Positions 1-55,129 of a stretch of DNA of 64,000 nucleotides are shown one piece after another (within the stretch, counting starts at the first letter, position 1; every line of letters begins with the position of its first letter). The stretch is from positions 124,001-188,000 of the forward strand of contig JAWQFM010000018.1 of NCBI GenBank assembly GCA_033442325.1. Reading direction: 5' to 3'. The DNA is from Salpingoeca rosetta. Lineage: Eukaryota > Protista > Choanoflagellata. The notes beneath the pieces are model-generated. The model was not told the origin of the DNA. It saw only the letters and a list, made by a program, of their open reading frames with translations, and did not search any database. The position numbers were made by a program, and so were the translations under genes.

Positions 1-497
1 CCATCCGTGCTCGCAAGGTGCTGCACTTGTACTTGCTCGCTTGCACACGCATTGGCTGATGCTCGTGCTTCCATGCACTCTGTGCGCTCCCTCACTCGCT
101 CGCACCATCACAAAACTTGCGGTCACTTCCCCTCTCCTCTCCAACCTCCTCTCCCACCCTCACACAATACACTTCTCCTCTCCCACCCTCACAATACACT
201 TCTCCTCTCCCACCCTCACAATACACTTCTCCTCTCCTCTCCCACCCTCACACAACACACTTCCCCTCTCCCACCTCCCCCCCCCCCTTTCAAGGTACCT
301 GCCTCGGCGGGCGATGAGCCAGCTGAACGTGCGGCGGTACCGGGTGCAGGCGTCGACGGTTGTGCTACATACCGTCGCCACAGACATCATCATGGACCCG
401 GCCCTCCCGGCAAAGCTCGGCCCAAGGTCCGCCGCCTGTCCTGTTTATGGCATCTGCCTTTTGTTGTCTTGGCCGCGCTGCCTTCTTTCCCTGCTTT

Positions 498-540
<43 letters not shown>

Positions 541-1104
541 TTTTCTCTCGCTCAACTTCGTTTACACTTCGGTTTGTTGCTCTCATTCGCGCGCTCTTTC
601 GCACACACATACACGCACACACACGCAAACCCTCACACGCACACGCACATACACACGTTCCAAACGAACAACACAACCCTTCCACACACATACACACTCT
701 CCCCCTAGGCCGCTGCATGAGCTGCTGGATGCGTTTCTGTTCCACAATTTGTCTGTTGCTACGGTGATCAAGGGCCTTCATCTCGCCCTAGTGCACTTTT
801 ACACATCCACGCCGACCGCACACAACAACTCCTTATCCGTACGCCTGCAACCTATACGTGGCCGTGGCGTTTATGCTGCAAGTGCTTGCACTGTTGTGTA
901 TGCATCTGAGGTGCGCTGCTGTGTCCACCAGGCAGCCCAAATCCTTCTCATCACATCCATCGGCCACCACATACACACACGCGCGCCGGCGCGCTGATCT
1001 GTGCGTGCGTATGTCCTCTGACAGATCGACCTTGACACCATTGCTCGCGATGCCAACGTCAATGAGCGTGACAGTGATGACGATGATGATGATGATGATA
1101 ACGA

Positions 1105-1138
<34 letters not shown>

Positions 1139-1572
1139 GGTGGTGGTGATGCACTGCTGCTTCATGGCGAGCGCAACCGCGATCAGCTCGTGTGCGCGGC
1201 CGCATGCGCTCTCCACGCCATTGCACAAGGTGATGTGCATGCTATCGTGGTGGCAGCCCTGCTTCGGCCCTTGTTGCCTGCGGTGCTAGTGCTGCTGGTT
1301 ATGGTGTCTGTCTGTCTGTCTGTCTGTGTCTGTGTGTCTGTGTCTCTGTGTGTGTCTGTGTGCGTGTGTGTGTGTGCGTGTGCGTGCATGGATGGGAGAA
1401 TGGTGGCGGCTGACGTGAGATGGCGCGGTGTGATTGCATTCCATCATGCTGCAGGCGTGCCTGACCTGAAGGACTACCCGGTGACCAAAGACATTTTGTC
1501 ATGGCTCACCGAGATGCTCCACAAGTCCATCCACTCCTCCGACCTCTGGTCAACCCTCCGCCGCATCCTGGG

Positions 1573-1635
<63 letters not shown>

Positions 1636-2826
1636 TGTGTACGTGTGTGTGTGTGTACGTGTGTATGTGTGTGTGTGTGTGTATGTGTGCTCGTCCTGTC
1701 GTGTTTAGTTGCCTCGCTGTGCTTGTTTTGCTTTCCTCTCGAATCTGCCTGCATATTTTCTCTCCGTGTGCTTGTGTGCACGTCGGTTTGTCAATTTGCC
1801 ACAATGTCTGCTTGTTTGCGTGCCGCCATCGCCTTGTGCTTGTCCCTGCTTCCACAACATCTCATCCCAACCATTTGCGACCCACGTGACGTTTGCCACG
1901 CCCATGGAAACATACCCCACCACCTCAACCAGGATGGTAGCACAGGACACGCTTGCCAAACTCATATGTACTGCTGCTGCTGCTGTAAGCTCGCGTGCTG
2001 ATGCGATTGCTGCACTCGGGGACGATGACAATGCGCCTTTGAGGCAATACTACCGCCCCTGCACACACACCATCCAGGCAGCTGCCACGGGTACGTCATG
2101 TAGTACCTGTATGTGTGTGAATGTGCGTGCTCGTATGTGTGTGAATGTGTACATGTGTGTGTTTGTGTGTGTTTGTATGTGTGTGTATGTGTGTGTGTGT
2201 GTTTTATGCGTTGTGCCTTTCTCTCTCTGTGCTTGTGTGTACATGTGTGTGTTTGTGTGTGTTCTGTGTTGCACCACTTTCTCTCTGGTCCCACGTCTGT
2301 ACCCGACCCTCTGTCTCACCCTTGTGCAAACATGTCGCCCACTGCTTCACATCACGTGGCACCATCAGAGCTGAATGCATTGGCAGAGGAAGTCAAGGAC
2401 TTTTCGGTGCGCGTCATGCGGGGCGTGGTGTGTGGCAGCTGCTTGCACGATGTGTGAAGGCCTTGGTCGCCGCTTGTGCACCCACAAGCTCACATTTCGT
2501 ATTTTCTTGTACATGTGCACATGTGCTTTTTGTTTGTTTGTTGTTGTTGGGTTTTGTTTTGTTTTTGTTTTTTGTTTTTGCTTTTTGTTTTTTTTTTTTT
2601 GGTCTTTTACAGCTGGAAGATGCGGACACGACCGGGCAGGAGGCGCCAGCACAAAATGATGAAGACACAGCTCCCAGCAACACGTAAGCGCGCGAGCCCT
2701 CGCTTTCCCAGCTGTGCGTTTTGATGCATCCGCCAACCCCGCCATGCCAGCACACAAAGGCTCGCTTTCTCTTGTCGTCACTCTTTCACCGCTCACCTCC
2801 TTTTTTTTCCGCGCCTCCGCGCCTCT

Positions 2827-2877
<51 letters not shown>

Positions 2878-3137
2878 CACACACAACGTGACACGATACG
2901 CCACGACACCACTGCGTCTTCACTGGGGCCAGGGCTCGGTCGTCGAGTGAGCTGCTTGCGAGGGGTGTGCAAAAGACACAGCAGCGCACCTCCCGCGCCG
3001 CCCTTCGCAAGATGGTCCTCCACAGCACAACCAACACCGCCGCAGCTCGCGGTACGCGTCCACGCTTTGGAGGGGGGGGGTTCGTGTGTCTGTGCCTGCT
3101 TGTCTGCCTCTGTGTGTGCGTGCGTGCGTGCGTGCGT

Positions 3138-3183
<46 letters not shown>

Positions 3184-3832
3184 ATGTATCTTTGTCTGTG
3201 CCTGCTTGGGTATGTGTGTGAAAATGTATCTGTGTCTGTCTGCTTGGGTATGTGTGTGAAAATGTATCTGTGTCTGTGCCTGCTTGTCTGCCTCTGTATG
3301 TGTGTGTGTCAAAATGTATCTGTGTCTATTTGTCTGCTTGGGTATGTGCGTCTGTCTGCCTACGCCTACGTCTTAGCCTTGTCGCGCGTAGCTGTCCAAG
3401 CACACCTTCTCTCGCTCCATTGCACACGGTTCATCCGTTTTCCATCTTCCCAACACACACACGTACATAAACGCAGATGCGCGCCATCGGGAGCAGCGTG
3501 ACCGCATGCTCAACAAGCTTGAGAAGGTCCTCCAACGCCTGCGCCCACCAAGTCAGTTTGCGTGTGCACGTGGGTGTCCGTGTCTGTTTGTGCCCGTGTC
3601 ACGAAGTATGTGCGATGGTTGGCACGTGTATCTCGATGCATGCGCCTCTGTTTCTCCGTGTCGCTGTGCCTCTAGGTGTGTGCAAGTGCACGTATGTGAG
3701 CCCCAGCACCTGCTGGCTCCACCACTGCCTCTTGTACTGCGGCGTTATGCTTGTATCCCGGGTCTCGGCCTAGCTGCACGTGTGAGCCACGATTTATCCT
3801 CACGTCTGTGTGTGTGTGTGTATGTGTCTGCC

Positions 3833-3865
<33 letters not shown>

Positions 3866-4309
3866 GTATGTGTCTGCCTGTGTGCGTGTGTGTGTGTGTG
3901 TCTGCCTGTGTGCCTGTGTGTGTGTGTGTGTGTGTGTCTGCCTGTGTGCCTGTGTGTTTGTGGCAGGTCGACACCCTCAGCTGTTGTACGCAAATGTGTC
4001 GGTGAAACACCAGTTACAAGGTTAGTTGCACTGCACTTCGCACGCTCTGCTGTCATGTGATGTGGGAGGTGTGTTCAACATGAGCTGTGACTGATACCGC
4101 TTGAAGCAACCCCCACTCACTTCTGTCCTGCCTTTGGTTTCCGTCTTTCTGATGCCCATTGCAGGTCCATCGCGCGTACACATGCAGTCGCACCTCTACC
4201 GGCCGTCCTTCTGCAAATCCCGCGCACAGGAGACGGGAGCTGATGACGACGAGCTGGAGGTGTTCAAGGCGTCTGCTGCTTGCATGTGCATGTGCATGTG
4301 CATGTGCAT

Positions 4310-4360
<51 letters not shown>

Positions 4361-5043
4361 AATGTGCACGCGCGCATATACACCCCTTTCGTCTGCCCCT
4401 CTTGCCACTGCACACATGACTGTCTCTCTGTCTGTTGGTCTCTACATCTTATTTCCACCTGTTGATTGATCCGTCGACCTATATGACCAGCTGCCCCCCC
4501 CCCACCGTCGTGAATGTGTGTGCGTGCCTCTTCGTGTTCGCCACTGCCTTTTGCGTGCATTTGTGTGAAACTCACCACCATGCTCCCATGACAGGGGCTG
4601 CCGGACCTCTCTGTTGCATTTCGGCTGCACCTCGAGTGTGGCCGCCTCATCAACTTGCATGACTGGCTCATGGTGAGTCTGTGTTGTGGGACTTGGCTTG
4701 TGTGGTGGGTGATCTATGATTGCCTTTTCCGCGTGTAAGCATGGTGTGCTTCCCGGCTTGCACTTCCACTCCCTAACGAGATGCGTGTTACCGTGGTACT
4801 GCCGCGGCTACGATTGTGCGTTGGTTGTGCCTTTACGTTACTTGTCTTCTCTGCTTTCCTTGCGTTTGTCCTGTTCAGGCCTTTGCCTCTGTGGTTGACC
4901 CGGAGAGCGAGGAGAGCCAGCCTTCGAAGCAGAATCAGGCTAGGTTTGCGCGCGCTGTCGCTGAGTTACAGTTTCTTGGCTTTGTTAAAGGCACGCGCCG
5001 CAAGGCAGACCACGTGGAGCGGCTGACGTGGTGGCGTGCATAA
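1..5043 (+). CDS. ORC3: Origin recognition complex subunit 3, multi-exon, 5' end outside window
   Basis: Exons 295-426 and 709 onward give ...[35 protein letters not shown]. Exon 4595-4672 gives [26 protein letters not shown]. Last exon 4879-5043 gives [34 protein letters not shown], matching the ORC3 C-terminal winged-helix signature. GT-AG boundaries were checked for these exons; internal exons are only approximately resolved. Confidence 0.9.
140..250. repeat. Intronic tandem repeat, unit ~27 bp (CTCCTCTCCCACCCTCACAATACACTT), 3-4 copies
   Basis: Visible directly; also gives the repeated peptides HNTLLLSHP in spurious ORFs. Confidence 0.8.
3174..3348. repeat. Intronic minisatellite, unit ~40-50 bp (GTGTGAAAATGTATCTGTGTCTGTGCCTGCTTGGGTAT), about 4 copies
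   Basis: AAAATGTATC recurs at ~3181, 3221, 3259 and 3311 with the same flanks. Confidence 0.8.
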
Positions 5044-5403
5044 GATGTCCACCATGTCTGTGTATGTGTGTGCATGTGTGTGTGTATGTGCGTGCGTGCA
5101 TGTGTGTCTGTGCGTGTGTGTATGTGTGTCTGTGTGTCTGTGTGTGCGTGTGTGTGTGTGTCTTTTCTGCCTGCCTCAGTGGCTGTGTGCGCCCATGTGG
5201 CATGCACAGTGCACCATCCCCTCCCCACATAACTTGTCTGGTGAAATAAAGACTCGCCATTTCGTGAGTTGTGTCATTTTTCATGCCACATCATGTCACA
5301 TCATGCGTTCGTACATGGAAATTCTTTGACGCACAGCCACGGTTTATTCGCATGCCCACTTCGAATCGTACACAAACCCCGTCCATACCATTGATCTGTT
5401 GTG

Positions 5404-7081
5404 ATGGCAAAGATTCCCGCCAAAACGTTTGCTGCTCTCACAGGCGCAGATATGAAAGGTGTTGGTGATGGTGTTGGTGGGGAGGGCGCCATGGATGTGA
5501 GGGATGATGCAGAACAGCTGCAGGCAGCAGACGTGTCGGATGGAAACGAGAACGGGAGTGTTCTCGCGGATGGGCAGCAGAAGCGCGACGTGAGTGTTGA
5601 ACAACAGCATGGCAGCGAAACGGACCAGGAACAAGCTGTTGGTGATGGTGATGATGATGGTGATGATGCCGGCGATGACGGTAGTGGCGATGACGGTAGT
5701 GACGATTCCGCGGCGGAAGATCTGCTTGCAGCACTCCCCGCACTTGTGAACCAGATGGAGATGGAAGTCTCAGTGTACCATGAAGAAATACAGCAGCTTC
5801 GCGAAGAGAACGGGGCCTTGCAAGCAGCACTGCGGCTTCACCAGAACCAGAAGCGCGAGGGCGGCACCAACCAGGAGGGCACAGGGCACCACACGCGCGG
5901 CGATGAGGACGTCTGTCAGCAGTGCACAGTGCTCAAAGGTGAGTTGGCACGAGCAACGCACGCGGCACAGAACAAGTCCGTCGACCTTCTCGAAAAGCTT
6001 CAGGTGCGCCACGAAAGCAATGCGTGTCCGATGCGTTGAGTATCAGTGTGTGGTTGTTAGGAGGTGTTTTGTTCTGTGGTGCTTCGTGCACCCGTGGGAT
6101 CCTGCGACCTTGTGATGTTGGGATCCTGCGTTGTTGTAACATCTTGTTTGACGCAGTCTGTTGCGAGAATGACGCCGCTCGTGTTTCCGTTATCCGTCCC
6201 CATTGTGCTGGGCAACAGGACGCCCGGAAAGAAATCAAGAAGCTGCAAGAAAGCCTACATGATCAAGCAGCGCAGCATCAGAAACAAGCACGAGCACTCC
6301 GTAAGGAACAAGTAGTTGAAGATAGCATCGTGCACTGTTTTGCTTTTGTTTTGCACAGCGAGCGCCCTGACTCAGTGACTCGTTCACGTCAACAAACGTA
6401 TTGACAGCGCCCGCCTTAGCACCTTGCCTGGCCCGCGCCCTGTGTCGTGGCACCTCCTCCACTTGTGTGATCGCAACGCAACCCCTCTTCTGCTTGGCCT
6501 TGTTTAGGTGCTGAGATGGAGAAGCAAGCGCAGGAGCGCGTGGACACGGAGAAGCGCGTGCAGGCCAACCTTCAACAACGGCTCACAAATTTGGAGCAGG
6601 ACAAAGAGGCAATGAGGTTGGTGTGCAAACGTGCAACAGCGGGACTGTGGTCGAGCACCAGCGGTGCGATACAAGGATACAGCCCCATTGGGCAGTTCGA
6701 GAAGATCATCCACAAGTTCCACCACTCACCCCCCCCCCCCCTCTCCCCCGCCCCCCACAATCTTGGCGTCTCTGGCAGGCAAGAATACGAAGACAAGATT
6801 CGCAGGCTTTCTCGTCTGAGCTCACAATCCTCAGGCAACCCAGACATGTACCGCAAGGTGGGACGACCTGTTGTGTTTGACAGTTTCATACACACACAGA
6901 CACACACAGACACACATACACACATACACACACATGTGCACAGTCCAGCCTACCTCACCATGACACTCCTCACTCTCTCCACACGCACGCCGCCCTCACA
7001 CCCCGACAGAAAATCACGGCGCTGAAGCGGGCACACGCACAGGAGCTGATGAAGCTCAGACGGCAGCTGAAACGAGGATAA
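5404..7081 (+). CDS. Coiled-coil protein with acidic N-terminus; C-terminus resembles CCDC152
   Basis: Exon 1 5404-6003 ends at LLEKLQ|gtgcgc. Further exons read DARKEIKKLQESL..., EMEKQAQERV..., QEYEDKIRRLSRLSSQSSGNPDMYRK|gt and 7010-7081 KITALKRAHAQELMKLRRQLKRG*. Heptad-rich. The CCDC152 likeness is from memory only. Confidence 0.7.
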
Positions 7082-7290
7082 CAAACACAAGAGCGACGAC
7101 GCGTCTCCATTTGGCCGCTTCCTACCAAACACACACAACATGTCGTCGCATTCGTTTTCATGTCACCAGGGGTGTGAAACAAAGAGATGTATTCCCAAGG
7201 TTATTACAAGGTGTGCGAACACATCCACTCGGGTACAGGAAGATACATGCACGCGAAAAAGGAACACTAACATCACTGTCATGCGACACG

Positions 7291-7350
<60 letters not shown>

Positions 7351-7656
7351 AGTCGAAGGTCGAAACTCAAGCAACAAAGAAGAGCCAACACTCGAGATGT
7401 CCATTGATCACGAGCGAGCGGAAGGAAACCAACAGAAATGAAGAACAAGAAGAAGAGGAAAAAAAAAAACGTCTGCAAACACCGTGAAAACATATGGAGG
7501 TCCACTGGAACGAAGCGAAAACACGTGGACGTGATGACATTTCTTACATGCAGGTGGAACAACAGCGAGTAGTGGATTGCACATTCACATCAGGTAGTAA
7601 TGTAACGCAACGAAACCTAGCTCTGTCCCTCGGTACGCAAATACACACTACACACT

Positions 7657-43891
<36,235 letters not shown>

Positions 43892-45273
43892 GGTTGAAGA
43901 CTGGTGCTGCCGAGGCCAGATGTGCTGCCGTGTAGGGTAATGTGCGTTTTCGTGATTGTGTGTGTGTGTGTGAGTGATTGCGTGTGCGTGTGTATGCGTG
44001 TGCGTGTGTATGCGTATGTGTGTGGGTGCGTGTGAGGCAGAGCAAGTGTACGTCACAAAAGTGTGTGTGTGTGTGTGTGTGTATGAGGATGAACGGAGAA
44101 GGCAACGCTTCTTGCGCATGCATGGAGCAGCACCACTCGCTCGCTTTCTCTCTCTCTCTCTCTCCGTCTGTGTGCTGCTTGCCATTATTGCAAGCCACAG
44201 CTAGCTTCCATGCTGCCGTTGCATACGCTCACCAGGTGAAGAAGGCCAGACGTTATGAAGGCTGCGTCTTGCCGCAGGAGTGTAATCCACAAAAAAAAAA
44301 GTTGATCAGAGAGAGCCCTGCCCAATGGGAAGAACAGGACAGCAAGGAGAGCAAGGAAGGGGGAGGGAGAGAAGAGGCAAGGCAAGTCAGCAGGATGACA
44401 GTGATGCGTGAGTTGGTGATTGTTGCAGGTCTCGCACGTGATGATGGCACGAACAACCATGCATGCAACGAAGCATCAATGGATGCAAGCGTGCTGCACA
44501 ACAAGGGCAGTCGTGGTCGAGCAACGGCAGCAAGCAAGCATTGAGGGTGTGCGATTGTGGTTGTGGTTGTAGGGTTGTGGTTGTGGTTGTAGGGTTGTGG
44601 TTGGGGGAGCACAACATTGGGAAGCAACGACGACAAGGGTGGTGCAAGAACAACCGGAGCAAACCTTGTTGTCTGCTTGGATGGTTGCAAGGAAGCGTCA
44701 CAGCTTTCACTTGACTTGTCAAACGCTGTGAGGACACCTGCCACGCATGCAGCGCAGATAAAGATAGAAGACAGTTGCGTGTTTGCTTGTTTGCTGTGCT
44801 TGCTTGGCTGATGATAGCTGGTTCGCGATGGGGTGCTCTGTTGGGTGTGCGACGCGAAGGATGGGATGCGAGGAGGCCAACAAACCAATAAGCTCAGCAG
44901 CCAACAACAGGTGCGGCCGAGCAAGCAAGCAAAGGTGGGCAGCGTGGATTCCACTGTTTGTGGCGTGTGTGCAGGTGTTGTTGTTGTGTGTGTGCTTTTG
45001 CCTGCAGGCACGCACCGCACTTCTTTCAATGTGTGTGAGTGTTGTTTTGCCCTTGCAATTTAAAAGATTTTTTTATTTTATCCGCTGCAACTGGCCAATC
45101 AGCGTGCACCAAGCAAAAGCAGTCCGTTTTTCCAACTTTTTCTATTTTTTGCTTCAGGCTGGGCCCGTCCCACACAGCAGAAACGGCTGAGAAGGACGAC
45201 AGAAACAGCTGACGCTGATGACGAGACAACACAGAACGAGCACACAACAGCAGCGGCAGCAGCAGCGGAGGAG

Positions 45274-49004
<3,731 letters not shown>

Positions 49005-49126
49005 CCGGCCTCCAGCCACGCCGTCTGCTCCTCTTCCACCTCGCGCATCTTCAGGTCGTTGCTCACGGGATACAGCGTGTCCTCCATGCCCTGTGGACGC
49101 GTGAGGTGCAGATGTGTGTGATGTGC

Positions 49127-49162
<36 letters not shown>

Positions 49163-50175
49163 ATGCGCACGCAGATGTGATGTCATGCAAGCGGGACGCG
49201 AGAGGAGCAATGGTGAGTTGTTATTGTTGTGCCGACAAACGAAGTGTTGTGAAATGAACATCATAAGCAGAATCGCAAAGCGCAATTTGAATAAACCACA
49301 ATAGGATGCACGCGTGCTCGCTCGTAGCAGGTACTGGCCTATGCCGGCATGTTTTTTTTTTTTTTTCTGGGGGGGGGGAGAGGTGTTGGCAAACACACGC
49401 AATGACGACGACAGCATCGACAACAACAGCAGCAGAGGTGCACTCATGTGTACCTGGAATTCGAGGCACTTGGAGGGCACGTTGGGGTATCGCTTTTGTG
49501 CAAAGGTCATCAGGCGCTTGAGCCCCTTCAATGCAGCAGCAAGTGGTGGTGGTGGTGGAAGTGAGTGAAGGGGGGTACGGTCGAAAGTGGACACACATGT
49601 TGCACGGACGCGGACAAGAGGACACAAAAAGACAGAAAGAAAGAAAGTAAGTAAGAAAGAAAGACACACACGCACAGACACACACGGACAGGCAGATAGA
49701 TACGCACAGAGAGACAGATACACACGCACATACACACACGGACAGGCAGATAGATACGCACAGAGAGACAGATACACACACACATACACAACACAACACA
49801 TACACATACACACACGCACACAGAGGATTGCAGCCTCACCTGGATGTACTTGCGCTGCATCTCATCGTTGAGCACGTGCGCAATGTTGTGGGCGGAGATC
49901 TTTTCGCGACCGGTACGGCTGTGGATACCGACGTTGGTGACGCCAATGGGCCAGGGCGCGTTGCCAATGGACATGCGCAGGTACGCGTCGTTCGCTTGGA
50001 TGTACTCTCGCTTCATAATCGACAGCGCAATCTCCCGCAGGTTGAACAGAATGTCGTCCGGGAGATCCTGTGCACACACACACACACGCGCGCGCAATGG
50101 ATGGCGGAAGATGGAGGAGGAGGAAGAACAAGAGAGGAGATTCAGGAGGGTTGCGTGAGTGGATGCATGACAATG

Positions 50176-50305
50176 AGTTGTTGTTGTTGTTTGTTTGTTT
50201 GTTTGTTTGTTTGTTTGTTTGTTTGTTTGTTTGTTTGTTTGTTTGTTTGTTTGTTTGTTTGATTGTTTGTTTGTTTGTTTGATTGTTTGATTGTTTGTTT
50301 GTTTT
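50176..50305. repeat. (TTTG)n microsatellite in a PRPF18 intron
   Basis: Visible directly. Confidence 0.9.
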
Positions 50306-52442
50306 GTGTTGTTGCTTACCTTCTTCTTGAGCTTCTTGAAGAGGGGCTTCATGTTCTGTGCGGTGGTGTAGTAGATGGCACTCGCGCGCTTCCCCTGCGA
50401 CGACTGCCGGATCTCAATCGGCCGATCGTTCAAATCTTTTCCCCATAGCTCAAGCAGAAACCTGATACGCATACGCGTTCGTGGCGGTGTTGTGGAGTCG
50501 ATAAAGCGGCAAAGGTGGATGTGTGTGCGTGCGTGTGTGTGCGTGTGCGTGTGTGTGTGTGTGTGTGCGTGTGTGCGTGTGTGCGTGTGTTGGGAGCGTG
50601 AGGACGTATGAAATTGCGTGTGCATGTGTGCTTGTGTCAGCGAGCAAGCGTGCGTGTGCAGTTCTTTGAGCGAGTGTGTGGCATCTTGACGATCATGCGC
50701 GAAAGAGCGATTTTGACTCATGGCCCATCCCCATCCCCATCCCCCTCCACACGCGACCAGCAACTGTGCTCACTTGAAGAAGCGGCGAATCAGCTTCATA
50801 TCTGTTGCGTCGCTCTCCTTGCCCAGCCGCTTGCCCAGCGCCTGCATCTCCTCCCACGTGTACTTTGGGCCCGTGTCCTCCTGCAGCCCGGTCTTCCCGC
50901 GCAGAATCTGCAGTGCACAGCCCACAAGGCAGTGTGTGCATGTGTATGCATGTGTGTGCGTGTGTGAGGGTGTGTGAGGGTGTGTGATGGTGTGTGAGGG
51001 TGAGTGAATGAGTGTGTGTGTATGAGTGCACAGACGCCATTGCAAGGACGGGGAAATGAGAGATGAGACAAGGTGTGTATGTGCCGCAAGGCAGCCGAGT
51101 AGTGTCATAGCAAAGGCAGGGCAGGGCAGGCCCACATGCCGCACAACAGCAAAAGCGCGTACGTCGTTGACGGCTGTTGCATCGACGTTGTGGAGGGCGT
51201 CCTGCATCTCGTTTCGCTGCCGCTCGAGAATCTGGTCCATGCTCTGGATCTCACAGTTGCGGAGGCGCCGGCGCACGTGTATCTCGTCCTCGCCAAACAT
51301 CAGCACGGGCTGGCCCATCGCTCGCAGCCGCCTGCACCGTGGGATAACGAGGTGAGATGGAGGGGGAGGGGTTTGTGGTTGTGGTTGTGGTTGTGGTTGT
51401 GGTTGTGGTTGTGGTTGTGGTGATAAATTGTGGCGATGGTGGGGAGGGGTGAGACAAGAACGTTCAGCGAGAACGGTGGAGGGGAGAAGGAAGGGAGGAG
51501 GAGAGGAGGGGGGGGGAGGAGGAGAGGTGCAGTAAGACAGGGGAGACGCGTGTGTTAGTGTGCAGAGGAGACACGCGCAAGCAGAGGAGACGTGAGGGCG
51601 CAGAGGAAACAAGCACGTACACGCCCACCTCCACCCCACACTCCACTACACCTGCATACAAGAGACGAACGTACTTGCGAACTTCTGTCATGGGAATGTC
51701 TGGGAGATCCTCGTTGTCAAGCTGTAAATGTGTGTGCGTGTGTGTGTGTGTGCGTGTGTGCGTGACACGTGTGTTGGAAGTTGCATGTGATGAGAAGCGT
51801 CACAGCACAGCGAACCATCACGATGAATTGGCATGACCATAGTGTGTGTGTGTGTGTGTGCGTGTGTGTGTGTGCACGGCTGTCCTCCCTCCTGCGCGTG
51901 TGGTGATGATACTCACATCGTCGTCCTCGTTGTAGTCCTTGGCTGCTGCGTTGCTGTCTTCGTCATCGTCGTCGTGGCTGTTCTGTGCGGCCTTCTGCAA
52001 CCAATACGTGTCAAGCAAACAGAAACACGAGGCGTGAGGTGAGGCAACCACACCCAAAGCCGTGATGTAAACGGACGCAGCAAGATGGCGCAAAGCAAGA
52101 CGGGACGGGGGAAGGAAATGGCCGTGGCTGTTGTCACTGTCACAATCTCTGTGCGCACACGCAACCACACCTTTCCGTTTTGTGCCTCCAAGTAACGCTC
52201 TTCCATGCGTTTCTCGATATCACGACGCCGCACAAACTTTTGCTTCTGTCAACGAACACATGGCAGGGGAAAAGCATAAGCGCGGCATGAATGCATGCGG
52301 CATGAATGGCATGAGGACATGTGGACACAGGGGAGTCACAGGAATAGTAGGGGTGTAGTTCAGCGAGCTTGAACAACCACACCAAACACACACATGCACA
52401 CACACATGCACACACACACACACAACAATCGTTCGCATACAT

Positions 52443-52488
<46 letters not shown>

Positions 52489-52555
52489 CGTCTGTGACGC
52501 CGAGCTGTTGCAGCTCTTTCTTCTTGCGGGCAATCTCCGCCAGCAAGGACGACAT

Positions 52556-53000
52556 CTTCTTCTTTCTTCACTTCTTCTATCTCTCTTCTTGTACTGTTCC
52601 CCAAGCAAGACAACCAACGTGTGTCCGTGTTGATGCTCTGCTCTGCTGCGTGCTTCTCGTGTCGTCGTCTTTGCTTTGTTGATTCCTGTCGTCGTGAGCG
52701 ACACGCAAAAAGATACAAAGTATAGCAGAAACTGAATTCAGTTGTGACCGCGACAAACCCCCAACATTCCACGATTCGTGCATTGCTGTGGCGATAATGT
52801 GTAAAAGTCTTCACCCATATTTCGTCGAAGTGCGCATTAGTCCAAGCAAATCCAAACAGCCAAAAAAGGGAACAATTCTCTCCCTCCCCGCTTGCCTCTC
52901 TTCGTTGGGACAACGACAACTCACACCCACTCAAATAAGCACCAGCCGTCAGCCACCACCACCTCCTGTCTTTTCGCTGCCAAACTTAGCACTCCCCGTT
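52556..53000. promoter_or_regulatory. Probable bidirectional promoter region between PRPF18 and CDC42
   Basis: Divergent gene orientation and a microsatellite-free, more AT-rich stretch; no specific motif identified. Confidence 0.45.
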
Positions 53001-53180
53001 GCTGTTGCTGTTGCTGTTGAAGACAGAGGCATCCCCTCCCCACTCGATTGTGCAGCACGCATTCGTTTCTTATTCGGGCCACCACAGCCAACGAAAGAGC
53101 CGAAAACAACCACCACATCAACACAACCAGGCAAGGGACAAGAGAAAGAGGGGGTGTATGAGTGCGTGGGAATGCGGATG

Positions 53181-53230
<50 letters not shown>

Positions 53231-53583
53231 TTGTGTGTGCGTGGCGAAAGGGGTTGTGTTGTGGCTATTGTCAATGGGAACGAATTGAGCTCATCCGCCA
53301 TCCACCCACACGACAATACAAGCACGATCACATACATCCCCACACACCCGCTGTCGCACGTCCACCCTGACGCCCTTTTGTGACGTGCGTGGGTGGTTCC
53401 TCCTGCTTGTTTTCACACTACATTCACACATTGACGCCATCGACTCACCACACCCTCTCCCTCCTCTCCCTCCTCTCCCCCCCCGCCTTGTTGTCATCGC
53501 GTGTGCTCGGTGCACCTCAACATCGCTCCGTGACCACGCCCTCCTTCACAACCACAACTGCTGCTGATTCTTGTGCTGGTTGA

Positions 53584-55129
<1,546 letters not shown>

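Noticed and set aside
3174-3348. CRISPR-like array
   Set aside because: Degenerate tandem minisatellite without unique spacers, in a eukaryotic intron, with no cas genes.
44253-45029. 258-aa minus-strand ORF upstream of the cadherin gene
   Set aside because: No recognisable domain and UTR-like composition; probably 5' UTR or intergenic sequence between divergent genes.
51374-51422. (GTGGTT)n tract as telomeric repeat
   Set aside because: Short intronic hexamer microsatellite, not TTAGGG, and internal to PRPF18.
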